Positions 8,929-16,749 of a stretch of 32,000 nucleotides of DNA are shown here, one piece after another; position 1 is the first letter of the stretch; each line of letters begins with the position of its first letter. Both the position numbers and the translations under genes were made by a program. The notes under the pieces were generated by a model. The model saw only the letters and a list, made by a program, of their open reading frames with translations. It was not told the origin of the DNA and did not search any database. Source of the DNA: Nitrospira japonica (GTDB lineage Bacteria; Nitrospirota; Nitrospiria; Nitrospirales; Nitrospiraceae); the NCBI RefSeq assembly GCF_900169565.1, contig NZ_LT828648.1:652876-684875 (forward strand), given 5' to 3'.

Positions 8929-10053
8929 TCAGGGCACCCATTCCGCCAAGTATACGTTGAATTCTCCCGGCTGCTTGGCGTGACGGTCTGATACCCAGAC
9001 CAAGCGTTTTCCGTCGGGAGAGAACATGGGAAAACTGTTGAACTGCCCTTCGAACGTCAACCGCTCCAATCCTGTTCCGTCATCACCAACCAGGTACAGA
9101 TGAAAACTCGGCCTGCCTCCGTCCCCTCGTGTCTCCACGTTCGAGGAAAAGATAATGCGTTTGCCGTCCGGATGGAAGAACGGGGAAAAGTTGGAAGCAC
9201 CGTTGGACGTGACCTGTTGCTTTCCGCTTCCGTCGGCGTTCATTACCGCGATTTCGAGTTGTCCGGGCTCGACCAACCGTTGATCAAGCAGTTCTTTGTA
9301 CCGGGCCACCTCAGCCGGTTCCGTCGGATGTGACGCACGGTAGACGATCCGTTTGCTGTCCGGAGAAAAGAACGCTCCGCCGTCATATCCCACTTCATCC
9401 GTCAATCGGCGAGGTTTGGTCCCGTCGAGGTTCATGGCGTACAGATCAAGATCCCCGTCCCTCACTGAGGTCCAGACGATGGTCTTGCCGTCCGGGGACA
9501 CGGTTGCCTCTGCATCGTAGCCAGGCGAGGTCGTCAGCCGCTGCATCTCCTGGCCGTCGATGCGGACCGCGTACAGATCGTAATCATCCAGCGCCCACCG
9601 ATACGCTCCGTCGCGCTTCGGCTTGGCCGGGCAATTCGGACCGGAGGCATGCGTGGAAGAAAAGAGGACCCTGCGATCGCCAGGGAAAAAGTACCCGCAG
9701 GTCGTTGCGCCGGTACCCGTGCTCACCAACCGGATCGTCTGACTCTCCAGATCCATGACGTACATCTGATAACAGTTCAGCCCGGCTTCCGCCGGACGCA
9801 AGGTCGCGGCAAATGATTCCCGGGTCCAATTATTTGTGGACTGGAAGATCAGTTTCGTGCCGTCGAACGAAAAATAGGCCTCGGCATTTTGGCGTCCGAA
9901 CGTCAGCTGTCTGATGTTTTTGAGATGTCGCTCCGCTCCCGCTGGACTGTGTTTCAGCTCGGAGGGCTTCCGCTCCTGAGCGGCACTCGTGAGGCCACAG
10001 GAAATGAGAATCAGCACGGTCGCTACGCCGCTACCGAATGACAGGTACCGCAT
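8929..10053 (-). CDS. TolB-like (PD40/WD40-like) beta-propeller lipoprotein
   Basis: Repeated PD40 motifs: FSPDGKRLVWVSDR, FHPDGKRIIFSSN, FSPDSKRIVYRAS, VSPDGKTIVWTSVRDG. The start was moved to ATG 10053 (MRYLSFGSGVATVLILISCGLTS, lipobox LISC). The longer track ORF up to 10281 would overlap the upstream gene by 250 nt. Confidence 0.75.
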   Translation of the reverse strand: MRYLSFGSGVATVLILISCGLTSAAQERKPSELKHSPAGAERHLKNIRQLTFGRQNAEAYFSFDGTKLIFQSTNNWTRESFAATLRPAEAGLNCYQMYVMDLESQTIRLVSTGTGATTCGYFFPGDRRVLFSSTHASGPNCPAKPKRDGAYRWALDDYDLYAVRIDGQEMQRLTTSPGYDAEATVSPDGKTIVWTSVRDGDLDLYAMNLDGTKPRRLTDEVGYDGGAFFSPDSKRIVYRASHPTEPAEVARYKELLDQRLVEPGQLEIAVMNADGSGKQQVTSNGASNFSPFFHPDGKRIIFSSNVETRGDGGRPSFHLYLVGDDGTGLERLTFEGQFNSFPMFSPDGKRLVWVSDRHAKQPGEFNVYLAEWVP

Positions 10054-12289
10054 CAATCGCCACCTCCATTTGCTCGCCAGCCTCGCGCTCGCCCGGCCAT
10101 TCTCCTCGCGAGACGACTGATCCGTTCTTGAACACCACAACGCTGTTCCAACCATAGAAAAACAGCAGCCGAGAGACCGAGGCCGCTGCCTCGGGAGTTG
10201 CCGAATAGAAGAGAGAAAGAACGCTGCCCGGCCGGTCAGCGCGATGGCATGTGGCGATGACCGCCGTTCCCGGCCCATCATAGTCGCTCCCTTCTATCGC
10301 AATCCCCGACTCGGTCAGACGGACTCGTGTTCCGCAATGCGTCGCTAACAACGGTTGGATAATCTCTCGCTTCCCGTCATGACCCAAAAGCAACACCGAC
10401 CCCTCGGGCGGAATCTGCGCGGCCTCCGCGTTCGGAATGATTGCGGCGCGATCAGAGATTCCCTTGCGACCTTCCTGAGCCTCGATGCGCGCCACCAGTT
10501 CTCGATACGGGTGAGAGGGCGGAATGGAACCGGCGAGCATGACCGTCCGGCGTATGTCGGTGACATAGTGATTCAACGTGGGCGGCAGGGACTGCCGCGG
10601 GATCCTCCGAATCAGCAAAGAGTCCGGATCAAGACGCACGTCCACAGGACGATTCGGCAATCGAACAGTGGCGGAGTGGGCCGCATCCGTCATGTGCACC
10701 GTAAGCGGATGTTCCAGCCCATTATCCATTCGAACCCGAATCTGGACGGGAAACCTGAACAAAGGCTCGGCTTGGGTGATGCCGATATCAAGGTCAAATG
10801 CGGCACCGCCGTCGACTGGCCGTGCGACTGCCCGACTGAGAGAGGGCGCCGGCACACCCCCACGTTCAATCCATTGCCGAAAAAACCAGCCGAGGTCACG
10901 GCCGCTGGTTTCATTGAAGACGAGCAGTAGATCGTGCCATTCCGCGTGCCGCCCCAGATAGTTTGAAATCAGGGTCTGTACCCCCTTCCAAAATGCCTGA
11001 TCTCCGACCTCTTGTCGTAAAAGATGGAACGCCATCGCGGTCTTTTGGTATCCGATCGCGTTGTCGCGCTCGTCATGCTTCTGCATGAACCGGCCCACAG
11101 GATAGTCGCGATCGGGCGGCACGTGCAGATTATACGACCGGACGAACAGACGCCGCTGATCACGAGCCTGGAACGATTCGCTCGTCAGTTCGTACCAATA
11201 GTAATTGGCCACATAGGTGGTCAGTCCCTCAACCCAGTTCCCCGTGTCCGTTCGGTTGAACACACCGTTGCCGATCCAAGAATGAACGATCTCATGACCA
11301 AGGGCATAGGGCTGGACATAGTGCCGCTTGATAATGGCGCTGCCGAGCAGGGTGAATGAGGGCATGCCCAAACCGCTCGCGAAGAAATTCTCGACGACGG
11401 CAAACGTCTCAAAGGGATAGGGCCCCAGCACTCCGACATACGCATCCAGATACCGGCTGGTGGCGTCCAGATATTCGTCCGCAAGATGCGCGTCTTCGGG
11501 AAATAGGTAGGTTGCCAGCCTCACGGGTTGGCCACTCGTTGCGACCCAAGAGCGCTCTTTGACGACGAATCGATTGGCGACGAGCGTCAGGGCTTCGCTT
11601 GGCCTGGTCGGATCGCACTCTATCAGCGCCATGTCCGACTGACGGCATTGATCCGGCGAGCAGGCAGTCGTCCGGCGCACTGCCGCTTGCGTGACGGCCG
11701 TCCAACTCTTTGGCAATGCGACACGAAGCGCGTACGAACTCAGAGACCCCTGACTATCCGGGTACCATTGGCTCTCACTGCTGAGATAGACACCTTCAGG
11801 CCCGATATGGCCGGCCGTCTCGCTCGGGGTCACAAAACGCAGGTGGCGCGGCTCCCTCGGCGGATCGTTGACGACGCCCTGATAGGTGATCACAAGTGTC
11901 GTGGTCGCATTCTCGCCCATGCCGTCGGGCAACGGAATGACCACTTGCTGGGACTGTGGCGCGGCCACGTCGCGTTCAATTGTGAATGGGAGCGCCCGAT
12001 CGAGTCCATGCCCCGTCGAATCATCCGATCCCTCGGCAACGCGCTGGACGACGAGCGTCGAGGCCAATGACAAACGAACCACGGCTTGTTTTCCAGGACG
12101 GACAAGCGTGATGCGGTCTCGACCGATCAGTTCGTGGCTTTCCGGGTAGAGTTGCACGAACAGATCATGGCGCTGAACACTTGTCACCTGAGACGGATGG
12201 AGGGGTTCTTCGCACAGACTGCGTTCTGCTTGGAAAATCGTTGCGGCGAGAAGAGCGAGCGCGAAAAGGAGCGCCTTGCCAGTGAGCAT
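10031..12289 (-). CDS. M1-family zinc metallopeptidase (aminopeptidase N-like), secreted
   Basis: HEIVH-x18-E (GHEIVHSWIGNGVFNRTDTGNWVEGLTTY) is the exact gluzincin HEXXH-X18-E motif. AVVEN sits 31 residues upstream, where GxMEN is expected. The start was placed at ATG 12289 (MLTGKALLFALALLAATIFQA, a signal peptide). The track ORF extends to 12358. Confidence 0.8.
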   Translation of the reverse strand: MLTGKALLFALALLAATIFQAERSLCEEPLHPSQVTSVQRHDLFVQLYPESHELIGRDRITLVRPGKQAVVRLSLASTLVVQRVAEGSDDSTGHGLDRALPFTIERDVAAPQSQQVVIPLPDGMGENATTTLVITYQGVVNDPPREPRHLRFVTPSETAGHIGPEGVYLSSESQWYPDSQGSLSSYALRVALPKSWTAVTQAAVRRTTACSPDQCRQSDMALIECDPTRPSEALTLVANRFVVKERSWVATSGQPVRLATYLFPEDAHLADEYLDATSRYLDAYVGVLGPYPFETFAVVENFFASGLGMPSFTLLGSAIIKRHYVQPYALGHEIVHSWIGNGVFNRTDTGNWVEGLTTYVANYYWYELTSESFQARDQRRLFVRSYNLHVPPDRDYPVGRFMQKHDERDNAIGYQKTAMAFHLLRQEVGDQAFWKGVQTLISNYLGRHAEWHDLLLVFNETSGRDLGWFFRQWIERGGVPAPSLSRAVARPVDGGAAFDLDIGITQAEPLFRFPVQIRVRMDNGLEHPLTVHMTDAAHSATVRLPNRPVDVRLDPDSLLIRRIPRQSLPPTLNHYVTDIRRTVMLAGSIPPSHPYRELVARIEAQEGRKGISDRAAIIPNAEAAQIPPEGSVLLLGHDGKREIIQPLLATHCGTRVRLTESGIAIEGSDYDGPGTAVIATCHRADRPGSVLSLFYSATPEAAASVSRLLFFYGWNSVVVFKNGSVVSRGEWPGEREAGEQMEVAIDAVPVIR

Positions 12290-12299
12290 TCGGGAGGTT

Positions 12300-13085
12300 T
12301 TAGCATTCGCGGCAGACAAGCACAAGCTGGATGACCGAAAGCATTCTCTCAAGATCAACCGGTTTGGTGAGAACCTCCTGTGGATGGAGCGACCATGCTT
12401 CTTCGAGAACTTCCTCGTCGTGACTGCCGGTAATGATAATGACGGCGCCGCCGAATTCCTTCTGGCGAAGCCGACGCATCATTTCAACGCCGCTCATTCC
12501 TGGCAGGAACAGATCGAGCAAGATCAAATCAGGAGGAGCTTGGTCGACCATCGAGAGGGCGGCTGTCGCACTCTTTACTCCGAGAGCCCGATATCCTCGA
12601 AGGCTCAAGAACTGCACCAGCAATTCCCTCACTAGCTGCTCATCGTCGACGACCAACACCGTTTCGCCGATATCGGTTGCTGTGCCTGCCGACGGAACAA
12701 GCGAACTATCCGAAACCGACTTCATGGGCTGCTGCACGACGCGATTGACGCCTTCGACGAGAACGTCCAATGAGAGACCCTTGCGCAAGAAGTCCGTGAC
12801 GCGCAGCGATCGAGCCTGATTTTCCTGGATTTCCGTCGCACCTCCTCCAAGAATAATGACGGGTGCCTGCGGATCCATGGCCCGGATCTCCTTCAAGGTC
12901 ATGAGCCCATCCATGCCGGGCATCCGCAGATCCAAAATGGTGACTCGTGGTCCGTGTTCACGAAAAAGGGCCAGCCCCTCTATGCCGTTGGTCGCCGTAT
13001 GGACTTCATACCCGTGACGGGCAAAGACAGCCTGAAGGAGATCACAGTTCATACGATCGTCGTCGATGATCAGAAGCTTGACCAT
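12300..13085 (-). CDS. Response regulator with two tandem receiver (REC) domains and no output domain
   Basis: REC1 has LLIIDDD...ILDLRMPGMDG...FLRKG. REC2 has VLVVDDE...LLDLFLPGMSG...IIITG...LTKP. Nothing recognisable follows REC2; the protein ends in CREC. Confidence 0.85.
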   Translation of the reverse strand: MVKLLIIDDDRMNCDLLQAVFARHGYEVHTATNGIEGLALFREHGPRVTILDLRMPGMDGLMTLKEIRAMDPQAPVIILGGGATEIQENQARSLRVTDFLRKGLSLDVLVEGVNRVVQQPMKSVSDSSLVPSAGTATDIGETVLVVDDEQLVRELLVQFLSLRGYRALGVKSATAALSMVDQAPPDLILLDLFLPGMSGVEMMRRLRQKEFGGAVIIITGSHDEEVLEEAWSLHPQEVLTKPVDLERMLSVIQLVLVCREC

Positions 13086-13181
13086 GTGCCGGGCCCCTCA
13101 GCAAGTGTAGAGCGACTGCTACCTATACGAGCGTACCATCAGCCTGTGACGTCCAAAAGCAAATGATGGAATCTGGGCGGG

Positions 13182-14108
13182 CTACTGAGGCGTGCCGATA
13201 AGCGCATCCACAAAGGGCTCCGGGTGGAAATCCTGAAGGTCCTCCGCCGACTCACCGACTCCGATCAGCCGAACCGGCAACTTCAGTTCGTCGGCGATGG
13301 CGACGACGATTCCCCCGCGAGCCGTGCCGTCTAATTTGGTTAACACAAGGCCGGTGATTCCGACTGCCTGATTGAACTGGCGGGCCTGGACAAGAGCATT
13401 CTGCCCAACCGTCGCATCGATCACTAACAGCACCTCCTGGGGGGCTTCCGGCATGCCCTGTTTCAATACACGGCTGATCTTCCTCAGCTCATCCATGAGA
13501 TTCGATTTCGTATGAAGACGGCCGGCGGTGTCGATCAGAACGACATCTGCATTGCGTGCCTTAGCGGCCATCAAACCATCGAATGCCACGGCCGCCGGGT
13601 CCGCACCGTGACGATGACTGACGAACTCGGCGCCGATGCGGTCTGACCAGACCTTCAGCTGATCGATAGCGGCAGCGCGAAACGTATCGGCCGCGACCAG
13701 AACAGGTTTCAAGCCTCCATTGACGAGCCGTTGCGCGATCTTGGCCAGTGTCGTGGTCTTGCCTACTCCATTCACGCCCACGGCTAAAATGACGAATGGC
13801 TTGCTTCCCCGGGTAATGAGATCGTCGAGCGTGGGACCTGTCGCAGGAGCGAGTGCCTGCAGCAAGGTCTGCTTCAAGACGGTCTGAACCGTGTGGCTTT
13901 GGGACGCGTTCGTGCCGAGAAGTCCCTGCCTGAGATGATCCATGGTGCGGGTCACGACCGGCGAGCCCAGATCAGAAAGGATTAATGCCGTCTCCAACTC
14001 TTCAAGCAATGCCGGATCTGCCGACCGCCTCAAGAGCTTGTCCAGTGAACCGCGAACAGCCGAGCGGGTACGAGTTAGTCCTTTATTGAGTCGTTGAATC
14101 CATCCCAT
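13182..14108 (-). CDS. ftsY: Signal recognition particle receptor FtsY (short form, NG domain only)
   Basis: GVNGVGKTTTLAKIA (G1), DTAGR (G3) and TKLDGTARGG (G4/G5) are present. The 308-aa length indicates no acidic A domain. Confidence 0.92.
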   Translation of the reverse strand: MGWIQRLNKGLTRTRSAVRGSLDKLLRRSADPALLEELETALILSDLGSPVVTRTMDHLRQGLLGTNASQSHTVQTVLKQTLLQALAPATGPTLDDLITRGSKPFVILAVGVNGVGKTTTLAKIAQRLVNGGLKPVLVAADTFRAAAIDQLKVWSDRIGAEFVSHRHGADPAAVAFDGLMAAKARNADVVLIDTAGRLHTKSNLMDELRKISRVLKQGMPEAPQEVLLVIDATVGQNALVQARQFNQAVGITGLVLTKLDGTARGGIVVAIADELKLPVRLIGVGESAEDLQDFHPEPFVDALIGTPQ

Positions 14109-14117
14109 AGGTCACTC

Positions 14118-14597
14118 TCAGCGCTTGCTTGCCAATTTGATGAAAGAGGGGAACACGCCCACTTGCTGCAGAAGAATGCGTTCCCGCCAGCGCATGCGCC
14201 TCGCTTCTTTCTCACTCGCTTCGTGATCATATCCGCACAGGTGCAGAATCCCGTGAATGAGCAAAACGGCCATTTCCTCCCCCAGAGATCTGCTTGCTGC
14301 ACGTGCCTGTCGAATCGCGGTCGGCATGGCAATGACCACATCGCCGAGCGGTGAGGCATTCATGCGCATACGAATGGGAAGATGGGCGTCCCTGAACGCA
14401 AATGCCAGTACGTCCGTGGTTCTGTCTTTATGCCGGTACTGGCGATTCAATCGGCGCATCCTTTGATCGCCGACGAATGTCACGCTCATGTCAGAATCCT
14501 GCTCGCCCACGGCCGATAAAATTGCCAAGGCGAATTTCACGACCGAGACTGGATTCACCTTTGGGATCCGAGTTCGGATTTCCACGAACACGGACAT
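14118..14597 (-). CDS. ybeY: rRNA maturation endoribonuclease YbeY
   Basis: Zinc-binding motif HGILHLCGYDH; 159 aa. It lies downstream of phoH, the conserved synteny. Confidence 0.9.
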   Translation of the reverse strand: MSVFVEIRTRIPKVNPVSVVKFALAILSAVGEQDSDMSVTFVGDQRMRRLNRQYRHKDRTTDVLAFAFRDAHLPIRMRMNASPLGDVVIAMPTAIRQARAASRSLGEEMAVLLIHGILHLCGYDHEASEKEARRMRWRERILLQQVGVFPSFIKLASKR

Positions 14598-15667
14598 TAA
14601 TGCGGTTGTCCCACTGAGGACTTGGGAGAAGGTTGAGTCGTAGGGGGTGGCGACGATCTCGGGTGGGAGGAAGGAGGAGGTCGCCGGCCTTGAGGCGAGG
14701 CCGTCGGGTCCTGAATCCCTTCCTGATGCTGGTGCTGATCGTAGGCCTTGATGATATCCTGCACGAGCTTGTGCCTGACGACGTCCCTTTCGTCGAAATA
14801 AATGAATCGAATGCCCTCGACCTCGCTAAGAATATCGCGGACCTCAATGAGTCCAGAGACCCGTTCAGGCGGTAAATCTATCTGGGTAATATCTCCCGTT
14901 ACGACCGCTTTAGAGCTGAACCCAAGCCGAGTCAGGAACATCTTCATCTGTTCGGCGGTTGCATTCTGGGCCTCGTCGAGAATGACGAAGGAGTCATTCA
15001 GCGTACGACCTCGCATGAATGCCAAGGGCGCGATCTCAATGTCGCCTCGCTCGATCGCTCTCGTCGCTCGTTCCATATCCATCATATCGAACAACGCGTC
15101 GTAGAGTGGTCGCAAGTATGGATTAACCTTCGCATACATGTCTCCGGGAAGAAAGCCGAGCTTCTCGCCGGCCTCCACCGCAGGCCGTGCCAAGATGATC
15201 CGGCTGACCTGACGCTTCATCAACGCACTCACGGCCATGGCCATCGCCAGGTACGTCTTGCCTGTGCCGGCCGGTCCGATTCCGATCACAATGTCGTGAG
15301 TTTCGATCGCTTCGATGTAAGACTTTTGAGTTGGAGTCTTTGGAGCAACAAAGCGCTTTTTCGTGACAATGGTCGTGGCTGTAGACAAGAGCTCTTTGAG
15401 TGGAGCGTCGGGGCTTTGCTTCAGCGCAGAGAGCGCATGCGCAATGTCCTCGGGCTGAAGAACCATGCCCTCGCTTGCGAGGGCTGCAAGCTCAGTCAGA
15501 ACTCGCTCGGCGTGGCGGGTGGCATCTGGAGATCCATCAACCGTGAGTTCCTCACCGCGCGCCGAAAGGCGCACGCCGAGGTCATCTTCGATCAGCTTGA
15601 GGTGTCGGTCATGGTGACCGAACAGGACAGCGGTATTGGTGCCTTCTCGCAGCTTAAGTTTTTTCAC
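14597..15667 (-). CDS. phoH: PhoH-like ATPase (PhoH/YbeZ) with a Pro-rich C-terminal tail
   Basis: Walker A GPAGTGKTYLAMA, then ILDEAQN, then GDITQIDLP. GTG start at 15667. The stop TAA overlaps the ybeY ATG by 1 nt (TAATG at 14595-14599). Confidence 0.9.
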   Translation of the reverse strand: MKKLKLREGTNTAVLFGHHDRHLKLIEDDLGVRLSARGEELTVDGSPDATRHAERVLTELAALASEGMVLQPEDIAHALSALKQSPDAPLKELLSTATTIVTKKRFVAPKTPTQKSYIEAIETHDIVIGIGPAGTGKTYLAMAMAVSALMKRQVSRIILARPAVEAGEKLGFLPGDMYAKVNPYLRPLYDALFDMMDMERATRAIERGDIEIAPLAFMRGRTLNDSFVILDEAQNATAEQMKMFLTRLGFSSKAVVTGDITQIDLPPERVSGLIEVRDILSEVEGIRFIYFDERDVVRHKLVQDIIKAYDQHQHQEGIQDPTASPQGRRPPPSSHPRSSPPPTTQPSPKSSVGQPH

Positions 15668-15700
15668 ACAATGGACTAGGGTAGAAACATTCGTATTTTG

Positions 15701-15730
15701 ATTCTAGCAGAGTGCCGAGGGAGGTGACAA
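15701..15730 (-). promoter_or_regulatory. Sigma-70-type promoter candidate for phoH-ybeY-ftsY
   Basis: Read on the minus strand: TTGTCA (15730-15725), an 18-nt spacer, then TAGAAT (15706-15701). It lies about 35 nt upstream of the phoH start. Confidence 0.45.
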
Positions 15731-15764
15731 CCAGCCACACCTGGACCGGACGAAAGATGGGGCC

Positions 15765-16694
15765 TTACGATTTCGCTTGTGCTTTTGGAGAAATGTCGAA
15801 CTCCTGAAATGCCCACCCCTGATGGTCATCTCTTGCCATAACCTTTACCCGGAAGACCCCCTGGGCAGAAGGTGGGATAGACCAGCGAAGCTGACCGGTT
15901 TTTTCGTTGATGGTCATTCCCGGCGGAGCGGAGTCCAGCGAGAACGTAACGGGATCGTTTTCCGGATCATTCGCGGAAACTTGATATTGGAACTCACCTT
16001 CAGCAACGACAGGTGACGCGAGGGACGTAAATTTCGGAGGCCTGTTTGATATCGTCACAGACGGTGAACGAGCTTCTTTTCCCTCTCCCCCCTGGTCATG
16101 CGGAGTAACCCAAACGCTCACCGTATCTCCTCGAGAAAATCCGGCGCTGTCGAGTACATTTTGTTCGCCGGTTACCACCACTTGATCATTACGACGCCAT
16201 GTATAGTTGTACTTGACGGCATCACCGTCGAGGTCGGCCCCCTCCAACTCCGCATGGATAATCTCTCCGACTTTAGGCTCTTGAGGTTCAAGGGCAACTG
16301 TCTGAATTATCGGAGGTGTATTTCCTACCAACACCTCCGAGCTACGAAGAGATGAGCCCGCGACTTTTCCATCGTGCGGAGTCGCCTCGACACTAACCCG
16401 ATCACCCCGTTTCAGCCGCATGGGACTGAGCGTCGCTGAAGATTCCCCCGATGCCTCCGCACCATTCACAAACCAACGAAATCGCACAGCCACTTCGTCC
16501 TGGTTCGGGTCTTGAGTTTCAGCGACCGCGGTGACGATACCGTGACGAATGATTGGATTTGGAACGATAGTGATTGAGTGCATGCTGGGTGGATCGTTGC
16601 CAGCAGCAGTGCTTCCAGCATAGCGCTCTTCGGACGTGCATCCGAGGTCCAAGAGCAGCACCCCAATCGTCAAACCTCCCAATATCCGATACAC
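15765..16694 (-). CDS. Exported or lipid-anchored protein with two ~92-aa beta-sandwich repeats and a C-terminal dystroglycan-type cadherin-like (putative Ig, CADG) domain
   Basis: GTG start with AGAGGA 6 nt upstream. The N-terminus is MYRILGGLTIGVLLLDLGC, a signal peptide with a non-canonical lipobox. There are two internal repeats (..VRFRWFVNGAE..RGDRVSVEATPHDGK.. and ..VKYNYTWRRND..RGDTVSVWVTPHDQG..). The C-terminal FQYQVSANDPENDPVTFSLDSAPPGMTINEKTGQLRWSIP is the CADG/He_PIG pattern. Confidence 0.7.
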   Translation of the reverse strand: MYRILGGLTIGVLLLDLGCTSEERYAGSTAAGNDPPSMHSITIVPNPIIRHGIVTAVAETQDPNQDEVAVRFRWFVNGAEASGESSATLSPMRLKRGDRVSVEATPHDGKVAGSSLRSSEVLVGNTPPIIQTVALEPQEPKVGEIIHAELEGADLDGDAVKYNYTWRRNDQVVVTGEQNVLDSAGFSRGDTVSVWVTPHDQGGEGKEARSPSVTISNRPPKFTSLASPVVAEGEFQYQVSANDPENDPVTFSLDSAPPGMTINEKTGQLRWSIPPSAQGVFRVKVMARDDHQGWAFQEFDISPKAQAKS

Positions 16695-16749
16695 AACAAT
16701 CCTCTGCTGGTTTATTTGTTCAGTTCATGCGGCTCATATCTCTTGCCAT

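Noticed and set aside
10054-10281. N-terminal extension of the propeller ORF (track start 10281)
   Set aside because: It would overlap the M1 peptidase gene by 250 nt and encodes Arg/Ser-rich junk. ATG 10053 yields a clean lipoprotein signal peptide instead.
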